Origin: Hyphomicrobiales bacterium
Lineage (GTDB): Bacteria > Pseudomonadota > Alphaproteobacteria > Rhizobiales > Xanthobacteraceae
Reading direction: 5' to 3'
DNA: 64,000 nucleotides
Assembly (NCBI GenBank): GCA_017305535.1
Contig: JAFKKN010000001.1
Coordinates: 233,145 to 297,144 of the forward strand
The notes under the pieces: model-generated
The model's database searches: none
The model's input: only the letters and a program-made list of their open reading frames with translations
Told to the model about the DNA's origin: nothing
Shown here: positions 50,157 to 60,484 of the stretch, piece by piece
Layout: each line of letters starts with the position of its first letter
Position numbering within the stretch: position 1 is the stretch's first letter
Program-made: the position numbers and the translations under genes

Positions 50157-50531
50157 CTAGAAAAGCGCAATTTGACTTGGGTTTTTCTTTCGGGTTCGAC
50201 GGCTCTGGTCGCTAAAGCGAATGATATTTTCATACTGCCGGTCAGTGAACTGAAAGATGAAAACATCGCCCCGCTCCGGCAAACTGGATCCAATTCGACG
50301 CGTGTATGCGTCGAATTGCTCCTGCCCGTTTACGAGCCGAAGATAGTTCGAAAGCTGGCTCATCTCAAAGCCCTGATCAAGTAGGAACTGGCGGAATTTC
50401 GTGGCTTCAGCCCGGTGCTTCTTCGTATCCACTGGCAAGTCAAAAGTAACGAGCATCCACATCATCCGATAAGCGGACATATAGGATGGTAGCGTCCGCT
50501 CTCCCCGTTTTTGCGTATATACCGTGGTCAC
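50157..50531 (-). CDS. cas2: CRISPR-associated endoribonuclease Cas2
   Basis: 124 aa; ...MWMLVTFDLPVDTKKHRAEATKFRQFLLDQGFEMSQLS.Y.R... is the Cas2 ferredoxin-fold pattern. The start overlaps the cas1 stop by 4 nt, and the array is adjacent. Confidence 0.88.
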   Translation of the reverse strand: MTTVYTQKRGERTLPSYMSAYRMMWMLVTFDLPVDTKKHRAEATKFRQFLLDQGFEMSQLSNYLRLVNGQEQFDAYTRRIGSSLPERGDVFIFQFTDRQYENIIRFSDQSRRTRKKNPSQIALF

Positions 50532-51454
50532 GCCGAAGCCTCCCGTCGCCCCAGGCTGCTCAGGGTCAACGGATCAAGCGGCGAAGGCAGATCGAGCCCC
50601 TTGCCCTCTTTCGTAAACAGCGCAGCCAGTTGCTGGGCAAGGCGCGTCGCATGGACATGCAGCGGGCTCATGCCGTGAGGCGCCGGCAAGTCCAGAGCCG
50701 TCAGCAATGCCAGGATGGTCTTGGCTTCGGATGAGATTTCCGAGCAACCGTCATGAACGAGATTGTAAACGGCCCGGTCCACGATCGGCCGATAAGGCTC
50801 CATCAGATCGTCCGCGAGCGCGAAGGCATTGGCCCGGTTGGCATGATGGAGGCCAATGGAAGGATGTAGACCCGCTGCGCAAATCGCCCGGCTCACGGTC
50901 GCGCGCAGGACCGTATAACCATAGTTGAGCAGCGCATTGACGCCCTCACCGGCTTGGTCGCGGCGGAAGTCGCGCCCCAATAATGTCTGCCAATAACGCC
51001 GAGCGGCCTGGGCTTCCTGATTATCCGGATCGCCAGCACGAACCTTGCGGGCAAACATATCGAACGCACCGGCCTCTGCTCCCACGGATGCCAGCACGGC
51101 ACCCTGCATGCGGATCTTGGCGACGACAATGTCGCGCCAGATGCGTTTGGCCAACGGCCGGGATGCCTCCACCTGGGCATTCAGCCGCGCCCCTTGCAAA
51201 TGATTGCCCTCCAAAGGCCAGATGCAAGCCACCGGTGCATGATTAGCCGCGCACAGCACGACTGGCACGGCCCGCTCCGAAAGCCGGGTGAACACCGTAT
51301 TCGACCAGGTTAACCCATGCGCATGCGCAATGACGCCGCCAATATCATCGAGCGCAACGCGACCCATCTCCTGCCGATCCTTCGACACGGTGAGAAAGCC
51401 ACGATGGACAGCCACATGCAGGCCGTCTGTGGAAAGATCAACCACGCGCTCCAT
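50528..51454 (-). CDS. cas1: CRISPR-associated integrase Cas1 (type II)
   Basis: 308 aa. Conserved C-terminal catalytic region ...NALLNYGYTVLRA...GLHPSIGLHHANRANAFALADDLMEPYRP...; lies between cas9 and cas2. Confidence 0.92.
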   Translation of the reverse strand: MERVVDLSTDGLHVAVHRGFLTVSKDRQEMGRVALDDIGGVIAHAHGLTWSNTVFTRLSERAVPVVLCAANHAPVACIWPLEGNHLQGARLNAQVEASRPLAKRIWRDIVVAKIRMQGAVLASVGAEAGAFDMFARKVRAGDPDNQEAQAARRYWQTLLGRDFRRDQAGEGVNALLNYGYTVLRATVSRAICAAGLHPSIGLHHANRANAFALADDLMEPYRPIVDRAVYNLVHDGCSEISSEAKTILALLTALDLPAPHGMSPLHVHATRLAQQLAALFTKEGKGLDLPSPLDPLTLSSLGRREASA

Positions 51455-51507
51455 GACTGAAGGTTAGCACAACTCTTCGAATCGACCCGGACAGCTTTAA
51501 TTTCTGG

Positions 51508-54500
51508 TTAACCACCCTTCCGCTGCCACCACGGACCGGGATCAAACACCTGGCCGATCTCATCAACGCGGACCTGGCGTGGCCGATATTTTTTCAGCGG
51601 ATTCGGCATGGGCCGAAGCGGCTTGTAACTTTTCTGCTTTTCCCGCTGATCGAGATTCCCTGCCTCATTGTGCGGATCGAGATAGAGTTGCTTGTTGCGC
51701 TGGTCGAACTTGCGAACGATGGCGATGACCCGCTCTCCACCGTCTGGATCATCATAGGCGACCATATCGCCCTTCTTCAGACTCATGATTTTACGGGCGT
51801 TATGATTGTCGCTCCGCATCCGCGGCACGAAATCGGGCCGGTGGGCGTCGAAGGTCGTCACCACTTCCGCGTCCCACTTGCCGTCCGGAAGCTCCCAGAC
51901 ATCGAAACGATCATTGCCGCCCGGCAGATAACCCTTTCTGTGCCGTCCATCGCCGTGGGTGATCCAGATCGGATTGTCGACCTCGGCGATGCGCACGTGG
52001 CGGATGCCCTTGAACTTCGCATCGCTCTTGACGAAATCCACCACGGCCTGCTCGAACGCCTTGCCTTCAAGCCCGGATGTCGCCACCGCGAGCCGATCCC
52101 GCAGTTCGGAATGGCCGTGGGTGTTGGTCCTGATCCTCTTTATATCCGCGGCGCTCCTGATGCCGGTGATGGGAATACGGCGCGCGACGAGGCTGTTGCC
52201 TTTGTCATCCTTGTCGTTGGTTTGCCCATACGCGGTGTCGTTATGCAGCTTGCCCGCCGTCTGCCCGCGCCCCCTGGCATAACCTTCACGGTTGACAGTG
52301 CCGTGATCCGGCTTGTGGCTCACAACGATGGCGCCCACCGCCGTGCGCACATCTTCCCGGAACGTCGGCCATGGCGTGTCGATCCGCGCGACGACACGCT
52401 CGGCCTCGCGCTCCTCGGCCTTTGCTGACGCCGTCGCAAGTCGCTGGATGAGCGCACGCGAAGTACAGGCGATGACGATAGCATCGATGGCGTGGTGGCG
52501 GTGGTCCAGCCGGTTCTTCGGCTTGGCCGCGTCGCCGCCGGTGAGATTGTGGCCGTGCAACAGCTCGTTGAGCGACCATTGACGACGCAGCATCTCCGTC
52601 ATCCGTCCCGGCAGCGCGCGCACCCGACCGTGGCGCTTGTAGACACCATCGAGATCGACTTCTTCCTGATCGTAAAGATGGGCGAGATAGATCAATGCCA
52701 GCCGGGAGATGTACTGCATGTCGGTCAGTTGCCGCGCGAGAAAACCTTCCTCCTCGCCGAAGCGCGCCATGGCATCTTCGGCAAAACGCCATTGCTTGTT
52801 CTTCGGCAACGTGGTGGCGCGCGCCAGAATCTCGCCATAGCGGGCGCGCCACTGCGGCACGTCCGCCGGCGCCCGGTTTTTCTTCTCACGATTGCAAGCG
52901 GTGCAGCATAGCAGTCGGTTCGCCTTGCTGTCGTCCAGCGTCTTCGAATACGGAAGGATGTGATCAACATCCGCCTCGCCGTTGAACAGCATGTGACCGG
53001 CGATAGGTTTGCCACAGTAGATGCAGACGCGATTTTCCGGCTTCTGGTTAAGGTCTTCCCACAGCTCGAGTCGCAGCCGGTTGTAGCCGGTGTTCTTCTG
53101 CTTGAATATCTCGGCAAGCTTGTCGCCGCGCGCGATTGCCGCCTTGGTGTTACGCCCGATCGTCTTGTTGATCTCGTTGCGCTGCTCTTCGTTCAACTTC
53201 AACTCGCGGCCGACTTCGATGGCGATGCGATCCGGCTTGCCATGCTTGCGGATCAGCGCGTTGACGACGCGGCGCAACTGGTTGAGCGCGATGTGAACCG
53301 TCGGGTTGGTGATGCGGCCCTTCTCCTCGTCATAGGGATCTTTTGGATCGCCCGTTCCCGGCGGAATATGCCGCGCAAGCACCTCCTGGTATTTCGGCAA
53401 CTCGTCGACGCCTTTACGATCCGGATCGGATTCGGAATTGGTGCGACCGTAAACCCGCTTCGCTGCTTCGGCCTCGGTGATGACGAAGCCGTTGCCGTCA
53501 ACCTCCTGCTCCATCGCGTCGATCAACGCAGAGAGCGCCGATACGCCCAATCGCCCAAAACCGTCCGGCACTTTGGTATCCGCCACGGCCTTTGCGTGGG
53601 CGTCGTCCAGCCCCGCCTCGCTTTTCAACCAGTCCAGCAGCGCGCCGTAGTCGGGCTCCGTGCGCAGCTTCTCGGTGACCGCGGCCTGCATCTCGATCGA
53701 CAATGTCGCCCAACGATTGCCGAAACACTCCGGACGCGACATCCGGAAATAGATCACGTCGCCTTCAAGATCGGAACGATTGTCCGTCTCCTTGTTGAAG
53801 CGAACCTCCTTGCCGAGTTTCAAATCGCTTCGCAGTTTCGAGAACGGCCTGCGACCCTGCTTGTTGAGGTCCGTCCGCAACGCGAGGACGAGCGCGTCGC
53901 GCCGATCCGGCGTCAGCTTGATGTGACTCTGATCCTCGCCGACGATTTCAAGTTCATTGACTTCCTTGAGCAGCCGGAATTTCTGAAATAGCGGATGGGC
54001 TTTCGGAAGCCGTTTGTCCGACGGATTGTAGGAGCACTGCCCCGGCTTCACCGGCCGCAGCGGACGCTGGTAAAAGACCACGTCGCGGATTTCGCCGATC
54101 ACGGCAGCGTTCAGCAATTCGGGATGGAAACCCCGCTGCTTGTCCATGATCTTGTTGAATTCACGCATCAACGCGTCGCGCGAGGGATAGAAATCGTAGC
54201 CCTCGCCGTCGGCGGTCATGCGGGCGCGCACCGACAAACCTCGCAGACGACGCATATAGAGCCACTCGCCGAAGGTCCGTGCGTTTTCCTCAAGCATCTT
54301 TGCATCGAGGGCGTGGATGGCGGTCGCGATCTTGCCCTGCTCCGGGTCGTTGCTGTCGGCCTTGCGGTTCGATTTGAAGCCGCGGCGTTGGTTCAGCAAG
54401 AAGATCGCGCGGCCGATCGCATGCGGCGTCAGCGCCTTGTCGAGCGCGCGGGCACGCAGCGCATAGACCGAGTTCGACAGATCGCCGCTCTTGCCGTCGT

Positions 54501-54813
54501 CGTGATCGCGTAGCAGCGCCTGGCGCGCCTTGTCGTCGGCAGGCATCAGGCCGTGCTCGGTCAGGAGCGCGAGCAGCCGCCGCCGGCGTTTCAGGTAGCG
54601 ATCGCGCCGTCGCCGCATCCCGCGCGCGACACGCCGCGCCACCGCCAGCGAAGCTTTCGACTGCGGATCGCGTCCGGCCATTTCCGATTGGGAGAAAATG
54701 CGGACACCGCTGGCGAGGATACACCCATCGTCGTGTTCGCCGGGCTCGCCGTGCGTCTCGACGATCGCCCAGCCGAGCGAATTGGTGCCGAGATCAAACC
54801 CCCAGGTTTTCAT
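51508..54813 (-). CDS. cas9: Cas9 endonuclease, type II-C (1101 aa)
   Basis: Start at ATG 54813, with GAGGGGGG 5 nt upstream. RuvC-I GFDLGTNSLGWA, Arg-rich bridge helix ARRVARGMRRRRDRYLKRRRRLL, RuvC-II RIAIEVGREL, HNH DVDHILPYS...NRLLCCTACNREKKNR, RuvC-III LDHRHHAIDAIVIA. Confidence 0.95.
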   Translation of the reverse strand: MKTWGFDLGTNSLGWAIVETHGEPGEHDDGCILASGVRIFSQSEMAGRDPQSKASLAVARRVARGMRRRRDRYLKRRRRLLALLTEHGLMPADDKARQALLRDHDDGKSGDLSNSVYALRARALDKALTPHAIGRAIFLLNQRRGFKSNRKADSNDPEQGKIATAIHALDAKMLEENARTFGEWLYMRRLRGLSVRARMTADGEGYDFYPSRDALMREFNKIMDKQRGFHPELLNAAVIGEIRDVVFYQRPLRPVKPGQCSYNPSDKRLPKAHPLFQKFRLLKEVNELEIVGEDQSHIKLTPDRRDALVLALRTDLNKQGRRPFSKLRSDLKLGKEVRFNKETDNRSDLEGDVIYFRMSRPECFGNRWATLSIEMQAAVTEKLRTEPDYGALLDWLKSEAGLDDAHAKAVADTKVPDGFGRLGVSALSALIDAMEQEVDGNGFVITEAEAAKRVYGRTNSESDPDRKGVDELPKYQEVLARHIPPGTGDPKDPYDEEKGRITNPTVHIALNQLRRVVNALIRKHGKPDRIAIEVGRELKLNEEQRNEINKTIGRNTKAAIARGDKLAEIFKQKNTGYNRLRLELWEDLNQKPENRVCIYCGKPIAGHMLFNGEADVDHILPYSKTLDDSKANRLLCCTACNREKKNRAPADVPQWRARYGEILARATTLPKNKQWRFAEDAMARFGEEEGFLARQLTDMQYISRLALIYLAHLYDQEEVDLDGVYKRHGRVRALPGRMTEMLRRQWSLNELLHGHNLTGGDAAKPKNRLDHRHHAIDAIVIACTSRALIQRLATASAKAEEREAERVVARIDTPWPTFREDVRTAVGAIVVSHKPDHGTVNREGYARGRGQTAGKLHNDTAYGQTNDKDDKGNSLVARRIPITGIRSAADIKRIRTNTHGHSELRDRLAVATSGLEGKAFEQAVVDFVKSDAKFKGIRHVRIAEVDNPIWITHGDGRHRKGYLPGGNDRFDVWELPDGKWDAEVVTTFDAHRPDFVPRMRSDNHNARKIMSLKKGDMVAYDDPDGGERVIAIVRKFDQRNKQLYLDPHNEAGNLDQREKQKSYKPLRPMPNPLKKYRPRQVRVDEIGQVFDPGPWWQRKGG

Positions 54814-54991
54814 TTCTGCCCCCCTCGGACCGATATGTTTATTTTCTTCTAAGTAGCAGCACTCAACAATCACCTACGAAAGCGAGCAATACTACTTCTG
54901 ATTGTTAATGTGCGATATGAACATACGGAGGTACCAGTCGTGAGGTGAGGCCGGTCACGTCCTTCTTTTCAGTTGAAGTGACGGGATTTGA

Positions 54992-55088
54992 GAGCTAGGC
55001 TTTTTCTGTTCAGAAATCGCAGTCCAGCCGTTAACAAGCTGAGATATGCACCAGATAAGGCGCTCGCTTCGGCGGGCGCTTTTTCTTT
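54992..55088 (+). ncRNA. tracrRNA: tracrRNA candidate (anti-repeat + nexus-like region + intrinsic terminator)
   Basis: GTTCAGAAATCGCAGTCCAGCCGTTAAC (55008-55035) pairs with repeat positions 1-27, allowing one mismatch, one bulge and G-U pairs. GCTAG (54994-54998) pairs with repeat CTAGC across a 9-nt internal loop. The 3' end is hairpin GGCGCTCGC-TTCG-GCGGGCGC plus TTTTTCTTT. The 5' end is not defined. Confidence 0.8.
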
Positions 55089-55090
55089 AG

Positions 55091-55422
<332 letters not shown>

Positions 55423-55423
<1 letters not shown>

Positions 55424-55848
55424 TGCTCTATCTCGATACATCGCTGATCGTTGCGGCACTTTCCAATGAAGAAATGACGTCGATCGTTCAAGCTTGGCTG
55501 GCGAAGCAAGATCCGGCGCAACTCCTCATCAGCGACTGGACCATCACCGAGATATCGTCCGCTATGGCGATCAAATTGCGGACCGGACAGATCAATCTTG
55601 AGCAGCGCGCAGCAGTGCTCGCCACATTCAATCAATTGGTTGCCGAGAGTTTCACGGTGTTGCCAGTAACTGGCAGGCACTTTCGGACGGCTGCAAGATT
55701 CTCTGATCAGCACCAGTTCGGATTACGCGCCGGCGATGCGCTGCATCTCGCAACAGCATTGGAGTATGGCGCCACCGTGCATACGCTTGACCGACGGCTG
55801 GCCGAAGCAGGTCAAGCGCTCGGCGTCCTGACAAATTTGCTGAAATAG
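55423..55848 (+). CDS. vapC: PIN-domain ribonuclease toxin VapC
   Basis: 141 aa; [11 protein letters not shown]... provides the first PIN acidic residue, followed by ...[26 protein letters not shown].... Confidence 0.88.
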
Positions 55849-55929
55849 TCAGCCCCCCCAACCTCGTCGAAACACCTCACATCGATGGCCGGTGACCGTA
55901 CCGACCAGCGAACTATCGATCGCCCAATT

Positions 55930-57525
55930 TCATTCCCACTCGATCGTGCCAGGCGGCTTGCTCGTGACGTCGTAGACGACGCGGTTGACGCCCTTCACTT
56001 CGTTGATGATCCGCGTTGCGGTTTCGCCGAGGAATTTCATGTCGAACGGATAGAAGTCCGCCGTCATGCCGTCGGTCGAAGTCACCGCGCGCAGGCCGAC
56101 GACGTATTCATACGTGCGGCCGTCGCCCATCACGCCCACGGTCTTCACCGGGAGCAGCACCGCGAAGGCTTGCCAGATGGTGTCGTAGAGGCCCGCCTTG
56201 CGGATCTGGTCGATGTAGATCGCATCCGCGTCACGCAGGATGTCGAGTTTTTCGCGCGTGATCTCGCCGGGGCAACGGATCGCGAGGCCCGGCCCGGGGA
56301 ACGGATGGCGGCCGACGAAGATGTCCGGCAGGCCGAGTTCGCGGCCGAGCGCGCGCACCTCGTCCTTGAACAGTTCGCGCAGCGGCTCGACCAGCTTCAT
56401 GTTCATCCGCGCCGGCAGGCCGCCGACGTTGTGATGCGACTTGATCGTCACCGAGGGGCCGCCGGTGAACGACACACTTTCGATCACGTCGGGATAGAGC
56501 GTGCCCTGTGCAAGGAAATCGGCGCCGCCGATCTTCTTCGCTTCCGCCTCGAACACATCGATGAACAGCCGGCCGATGGTCTTGCGCTTCACTTCGGGAT
56601 CGGTGACGCCGTCGAGCTCGCCGAGAAACTGTTTCGAGGCATCCACATGCACCAGCGGGATGTTGTAGTGATGCCGGAACATGTCGACGACGCTTTTGGC
56701 TTCGTCCTTGCGCAGCATGCCGTGATCGACAAACACGCAGGTGAGCTGATCGCCGATGGCCTCGTGAATCAGGATCGCCGCGACGGATGAATCGACGCCG
56801 CCGGACAGGCCGCAGATCACCTTGCCTTTGCCGACCTGCGCGCGGATTTTTTCGATCGCTTCCTCGCGGAAAGCGCGCATGGTCCAGTCGCCCTTGAGGC
56901 CGACTACCTTGCGCACGAAGTTGCGCAGCAGTTTCGCGCCGTCCGGGGTGTGCACCACCTCGGGGTGAAACTGCATCGCGTAGAATTTGCGCTTGTCGTC
57001 GGCGATCACCGAGATCGGCGAGCCCGCCGCCTTCGCCACCGCGCGGAAACCGTCCGGCAGTTGGGTGACGCGGTCGCCGTGGCTCATCCAGACGTCATAT
57101 TTGCCGCCCTTCTGCCAGACGCCCTCGAACAGCGCGCAATCGTCGATCACCTCGATGGCGGCGCGGCCATACTCGCGATGATGACCGCCTTCAACGGTGC
57201 CGCCGAGTTGCTGCGCCATGGTCTGCTCGCCATAGCAGATGCCGAGCACCGGTACGCCGGCGGTGAGCACCAACTGCGGCGCCGACGGCGCGTCCTTATC
57301 GAGCACGGATGCGGGGCCGCCGGAGAGGATGACGCCCTTGGGTTTCATCTCGCGGAAGGCGGCTTCGGCTTTCTGGAACGGCACGATCTCGGAGTAGACG
57401 CCCTCCTCGCGCACCCGCCGCGCGATCAGTTGCGTCACCTGCGATCCGAAATCGATGATGAGAATTTTTTCATGCGCAGCGGTGATATCCGTTGCGGCCG
57501 GGGTCGTCGGACTGTGTGCTGTCAT
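55930..57525 (-). CDS. guaA: GMP synthase (glutamine-hydrolysing)
   Basis: 531 aa; GATase [11 protein letters not shown]-PPase [12 protein letters not shown]-terminal ...PPGTIEWE. Confidence 0.95.
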   Translation of the reverse strand: MTAHSPTTPAATDITAAHEKILIIDFGSQVTQLIARRVREEGVYSEIVPFQKAEAAFREMKPKGVILSGGPASVLDKDAPSAPQLVLTAGVPVLGICYGEQTMAQQLGGTVEGGHHREYGRAAIEVIDDCALFEGVWQKGGKYDVWMSHGDRVTQLPDGFRAVAKAAGSPISVIADDKRKFYAMQFHPEVVHTPDGAKLLRNFVRKVVGLKGDWTMRAFREEAIEKIRAQVGKGKVICGLSGGVDSSVAAILIHEAIGDQLTCVFVDHGMLRKDEAKSVVDMFRHHYNIPLVHVDASKQFLGELDGVTDPEVKRKTIGRLFIDVFEAEAKKIGGADFLAQGTLYPDVIESVSFTGGPSVTIKSHHNVGGLPARMNMKLVEPLRELFKDEVRALGRELGLPDIFVGRHPFPGPGLAIRCPGEITREKLDILRDADAIYIDQIRKAGLYDTIWQAFAVLLPVKTVGVMGDGRTYEYVVGLRAVTSTDGMTADFYPFDMKFLGETATRIINEVKGVNRVVYDVTSKPPGTIEWE

Positions 57526-57603
57526 GGGCAGGAGATACGCGACCGGCGGCGCGCTCGCAATGCCGTAAAAGCGGTTATCTGCGGGATTTTCAGCCCCGGA
57601 TTC

Positions 57604-58908
57604 TCAGCTCGGGCTGCGGGTCAGCACCGAGACGAAGAAGCCGTCGGTGCCGGTGCGGCGTGGCGTCATCAAGAGGCCTTCCGGGCTTTGCAGGGTGGCG
57701 GCGAGGAAATCCTCGGCCTTGTCCCACAGCGGACCCGCGACCTGCTCCGGCGGCACCACCGAAAACCCCGGCTGGCGGGCCAGAAAGCCACGGATCTGCG
57801 CGTTGTTCTCGGTCGGCAGCACCGAACAGGTGATGTAGACGATCCGCCCGCCGGGCTTCACCAGTGGCGCGGCGCGGTCCAGCACCTCGGCCTGGGCCTT
57901 GAGCCGCACCTCCAGCGCGCCGGGGCGGATGCGCCACTTGGCGTCGGGGTTACGCCGCCAGGTCCCGGTGCCGGTACAAGGCGCGTCGATCAGCACCAGG
58001 TCGGCGGAGGCGCTAATATCGGCCAGCGGATCGACGTCGCCCTTCGGCGCGCGAATTTCGACGTTGTGGACGCCGGCGCGCGACAGCCGCTCGTGAATGG
58101 GCGCGAGCTGCCGCTTGTCACCGTCGGTGGCGATCAGCCGGCCCTTGCCCTGCATCATCGCCGCCAGCGCGAGCGTCTTGCCGCCCGCACCGGCGCAGAG
58201 GTCGATCACCTGCTCGCCGGGTTTCGCGGCCGAGAACAGCGCGGCAAGCTGCGAGCCCTCGTCCTGCACTTCGACACCGCCTTTGACGAAATCCTCCTCG
58301 GCATGGATGCCGGGATTGCGGGCGTCGGCGCCGAGGGCGATCCGCAGGCCCCATGGCGACCATTTTGTCGGCTTGGCGCCGAGATGAGCCAGCGAGGCCG
58401 CCGCCTTCTCGCGCTTCGCCTTCAGCGTGTTGACGCGCAGGTCGAGCGGGGCACGGCTGGCCATGGCGGCGGCTTCCGCCACGCGGTCGTCGCCGAACAC
58501 GTCAGCCAGATGCGCGTCCATCCATTCCGGATAATCGCCCGCCACCGGAGCCGGCGCGCCGTCAATCTCGCGCACGGTCAACGCATGGCGCTCGGCCGGC
58601 GACAGCATATCGGGCGCGAAGCGCGAGCCGTCGCACAGCGCGGCAAGTGCTTCGGCGGTGAAACCGCGCTCCAGCTTCATCATGCCGAATACCCGCGCGC
58701 GCGGCGTGTCGTCGTCCATGATCCAGGCGCTGGAGGCCTTGCGGCGCAGCACGTCGAACACCAGCCCCGAGATCGCGGCGCGGTCGCCGGAGCCGGCGAA
58801 GCGATGCGCGGTGCCCCATTCCTTCAGCGCCTTGGCCGCCGGAACCCGCTGCGTATCGATGGCGGAGATGACTTCAATGGCTGCGGCGAGCCTTGCGCCC
58901 GGTGTCAT
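57604..58908 (-). CDS. rsmB: RsmB/NOP2-family RNA (cytosine-C5) methyltransferase
   Basis: 434 aa; SAM site IDLCAGAGGKT and catalytic DAPCTGTGTWRRNPD. Confidence 0.85.
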   Translation of the reverse strand: MTPGARLAAAIEVISAIDTQRVPAAKALKEWGTAHRFAGSGDRAAISGLVFDVLRRKASSAWIMDDDTPRARVFGMMKLERGFTAEALAALCDGSRFAPDMLSPAERHALTVREIDGAPAPVAGDYPEWMDAHLADVFGDDRVAEAAAMASRAPLDLRVNTLKAKREKAAASLAHLGAKPTKWSPWGLRIALGADARNPGIHAEEDFVKGGVEVQDEGSQLAALFSAAKPGEQVIDLCAGAGGKTLALAAMMQGKGRLIATDGDKRQLAPIHERLSRAGVHNVEIRAPKGDVDPLADISASADLVLIDAPCTGTGTWRRNPDAKWRIRPGALEVRLKAQAEVLDRAAPLVKPGGRIVYITCSVLPTENNAQIRGFLARQPGFSVVPPEQVAGPLWDKAEDFLAATLQSPEGLLMTPRRTGTDGFFVSVLTRSPS

Positions 58909-58930
58909 GGCAATCCTCGGTCAAGCGCCG

Positions 58931-59350
58931 CTAGAGCAAAAGCAAAAGGCGCAGCGCGAAGTACAGCCACATCGCCATCAACACAAGGACGCCGGCGAAC
59001 CACGCCAGCGAGCGCTGCCGCACGTCGTTGCTGGTGACGAAGATGCCGGCGTGGGCGAAGCGGGTGACGACGAACACCCAGGACAGCAGCACGAACACCA
59101 GATCGGCGCGACGCAGCGGCAGCGCGATGGCGACCAGCACATAGAACAGCAACGGCAACTGAAACTGGTTGTTGAAGCAGTTGCCGATCTGCGTGGCGCG
59201 ATCCGGCCAGTTACGACCAAGCGCGATGTCCTTGAACCCCACCTCGCCCGAGGTCAGCGCCCGGGTCCGCACCCCCGCCATCATCAACAGCAGCGCGAAG
59301 GTCAACCCCACGAGCACGAACACCGGCAGCAACACCATCTGGACGGACAT
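58931..59350 (-). CDS. MAPEG-family membrane protein
   Basis: 139 aa, 4 TM; ...NQFQLPLLFY... and ...VVTRFAHAGIF... resemble MAPEG proteins. Confidence 0.7.
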   Translation of the reverse strand: MSVQMVLLPVFVLVGLTFALLLMMAGVRTRALTSGEVGFKDIALGRNWPDRATQIGNCFNNQFQLPLLFYVLVAIALPLRRADLVFVLLSWVFVVTRFAHAGIFVTSNDVRQRSLAWFAGVLVLMAMWLYFALRLLLLL

Positions 59351-59393
59351 CGCGGGTCTCCGTTCTGTTGCGCGCGGCGCGAGGCCGCTCCGG

Positions 59394-60428
59394 CTAGGCC
59401 TTGTCGGGGCCGACGCGGACGAGCTGCTTGCCGAAGTTGGCGCCCTTGAGCAGGCCCATGAACGCGGCCGGCGCGCTGTCGAGCCCTTCGGTGACGAACT
59501 CCTTGTGCTTGATCTTGCCCTCGCGCAGCCACTGCGACATGTCGCGGATGAAGTCCGGATACATCGCGGCGAAGTCGCGGACGATGAAGCCGCGGAAGTT
59601 GAGGCGCTTGACCAGGATCTGCCGCATGATGGTGTTGGCCCACGGCGGCGTCGGGGTGTCCTTGCCGAAGATGGTGTTGTAGTCGGCGATCAGGCCGCAC
59701 ACCGGAATGCGCGCGAAATCATTGAAGCGCGGCAGGACGGCATCAAACACCTTGCCGCCGACGTTCTCGAAATAGACGTCGATGCCTTTCGGGCAGGCTT
59801 CCTTCACCTTCGCCCGCAGGTCGGGATCGCGGTGATCGAGGCACTCGTCGAAGCCGAGTTCGTTCCTGACGTAAGCGCACTTCTCCTTGCCGCCGGCGAT
59901 GCCGACCGCCCGGGCGCCCTTGATCTTGGCGATCTGCCCGACCGCCGAGCCGACCGCGCCGGAAGCCGCCGCAACCACCACCGTCTCGCCCGGCTGCGGA
60001 TTGCCGATGGCGAGCAGTCCGGTATAGGCGGTCATGCCCGGCATGCCGAGGATACCTACCGCCGTCGAGATCGGCGCGATCTTAGGATCAATCTTTCGCA
60101 GGCCCTTGCCGTTCGACAAGGCGTATTGCTGCCAACCGGTATGGGCCAGCACGATGTCGCCCTTGGCAAAACCGGGATTGTTGGAGGCCGCCACCTCGCA
60201 GACCGTGCCGCCTTCCATCACGCCATCGATCGGCACCGGGGCGGAATAGGACGGGCCGTCATCCATGCGCCCGCGCATGTAGGGATCGAGCGACAGCCAG
60301 ATCGTCCGCAGCAGCACCTCGCCGTCGCCCGGCGTCGGCACGGCGTAGTCCTCGAAGCGGAAATTGGCCGGGGTCGGTTCGCCCACAGGGCGGGAAGCCA
60401 GAACGATACGCTTGGCGGACTGGGACAT
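59394..60428 (-). CDS. NADP-dependent medium-chain oxidoreductase (YncB/CurA-like)
   Basis: 344 aa; cofactor motif AASGAVGSAVGQIAK. Confidence 0.85.
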   Translation of the reverse strand: MSQSAKRIVLASRPVGEPTPANFRFEDYAVPTPGDGEVLLRTIWLSLDPYMRGRMDDGPSYSAPVPIDGVMEGGTVCEVAASNNPGFAKGDIVLAHTGWQQYALSNGKGLRKIDPKIAPISTAVGILGMPGMTAYTGLLAIGNPQPGETVVVAAASGAVGSAVGQIAKIKGARAVGIAGGKEKCAYVRNELGFDECLDHRDPDLRAKVKEACPKGIDVYFENVGGKVFDAVLPRFNDFARIPVCGLIADYNTIFGKDTPTPPWANTIMRQILVKRLNFRGFIVRDFAAMYPDFIRDMSQWLREGKIKHKEFVTEGLDSAPAAFMGLLKGANFGKQLVRVGPDKA

Positions 60429-60484
60429 AGGTGTTTCCTCTGGAGGGTGCTTATGACGGACGGCGCGAACCGCGAAGATAGCGG

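Noticed and set aside
54814-54873. 20-codon N-terminal extension of the cas9 ORF (MIVECCYLEENKHIGPRGAE)
   Set aside because: A strong SD (GAGGGGGG) precedes the internal ATG at 54813. The RuvC-I motif normally lies within the first ~10 residues, and the extension has AT-rich, non-coding-like codons.
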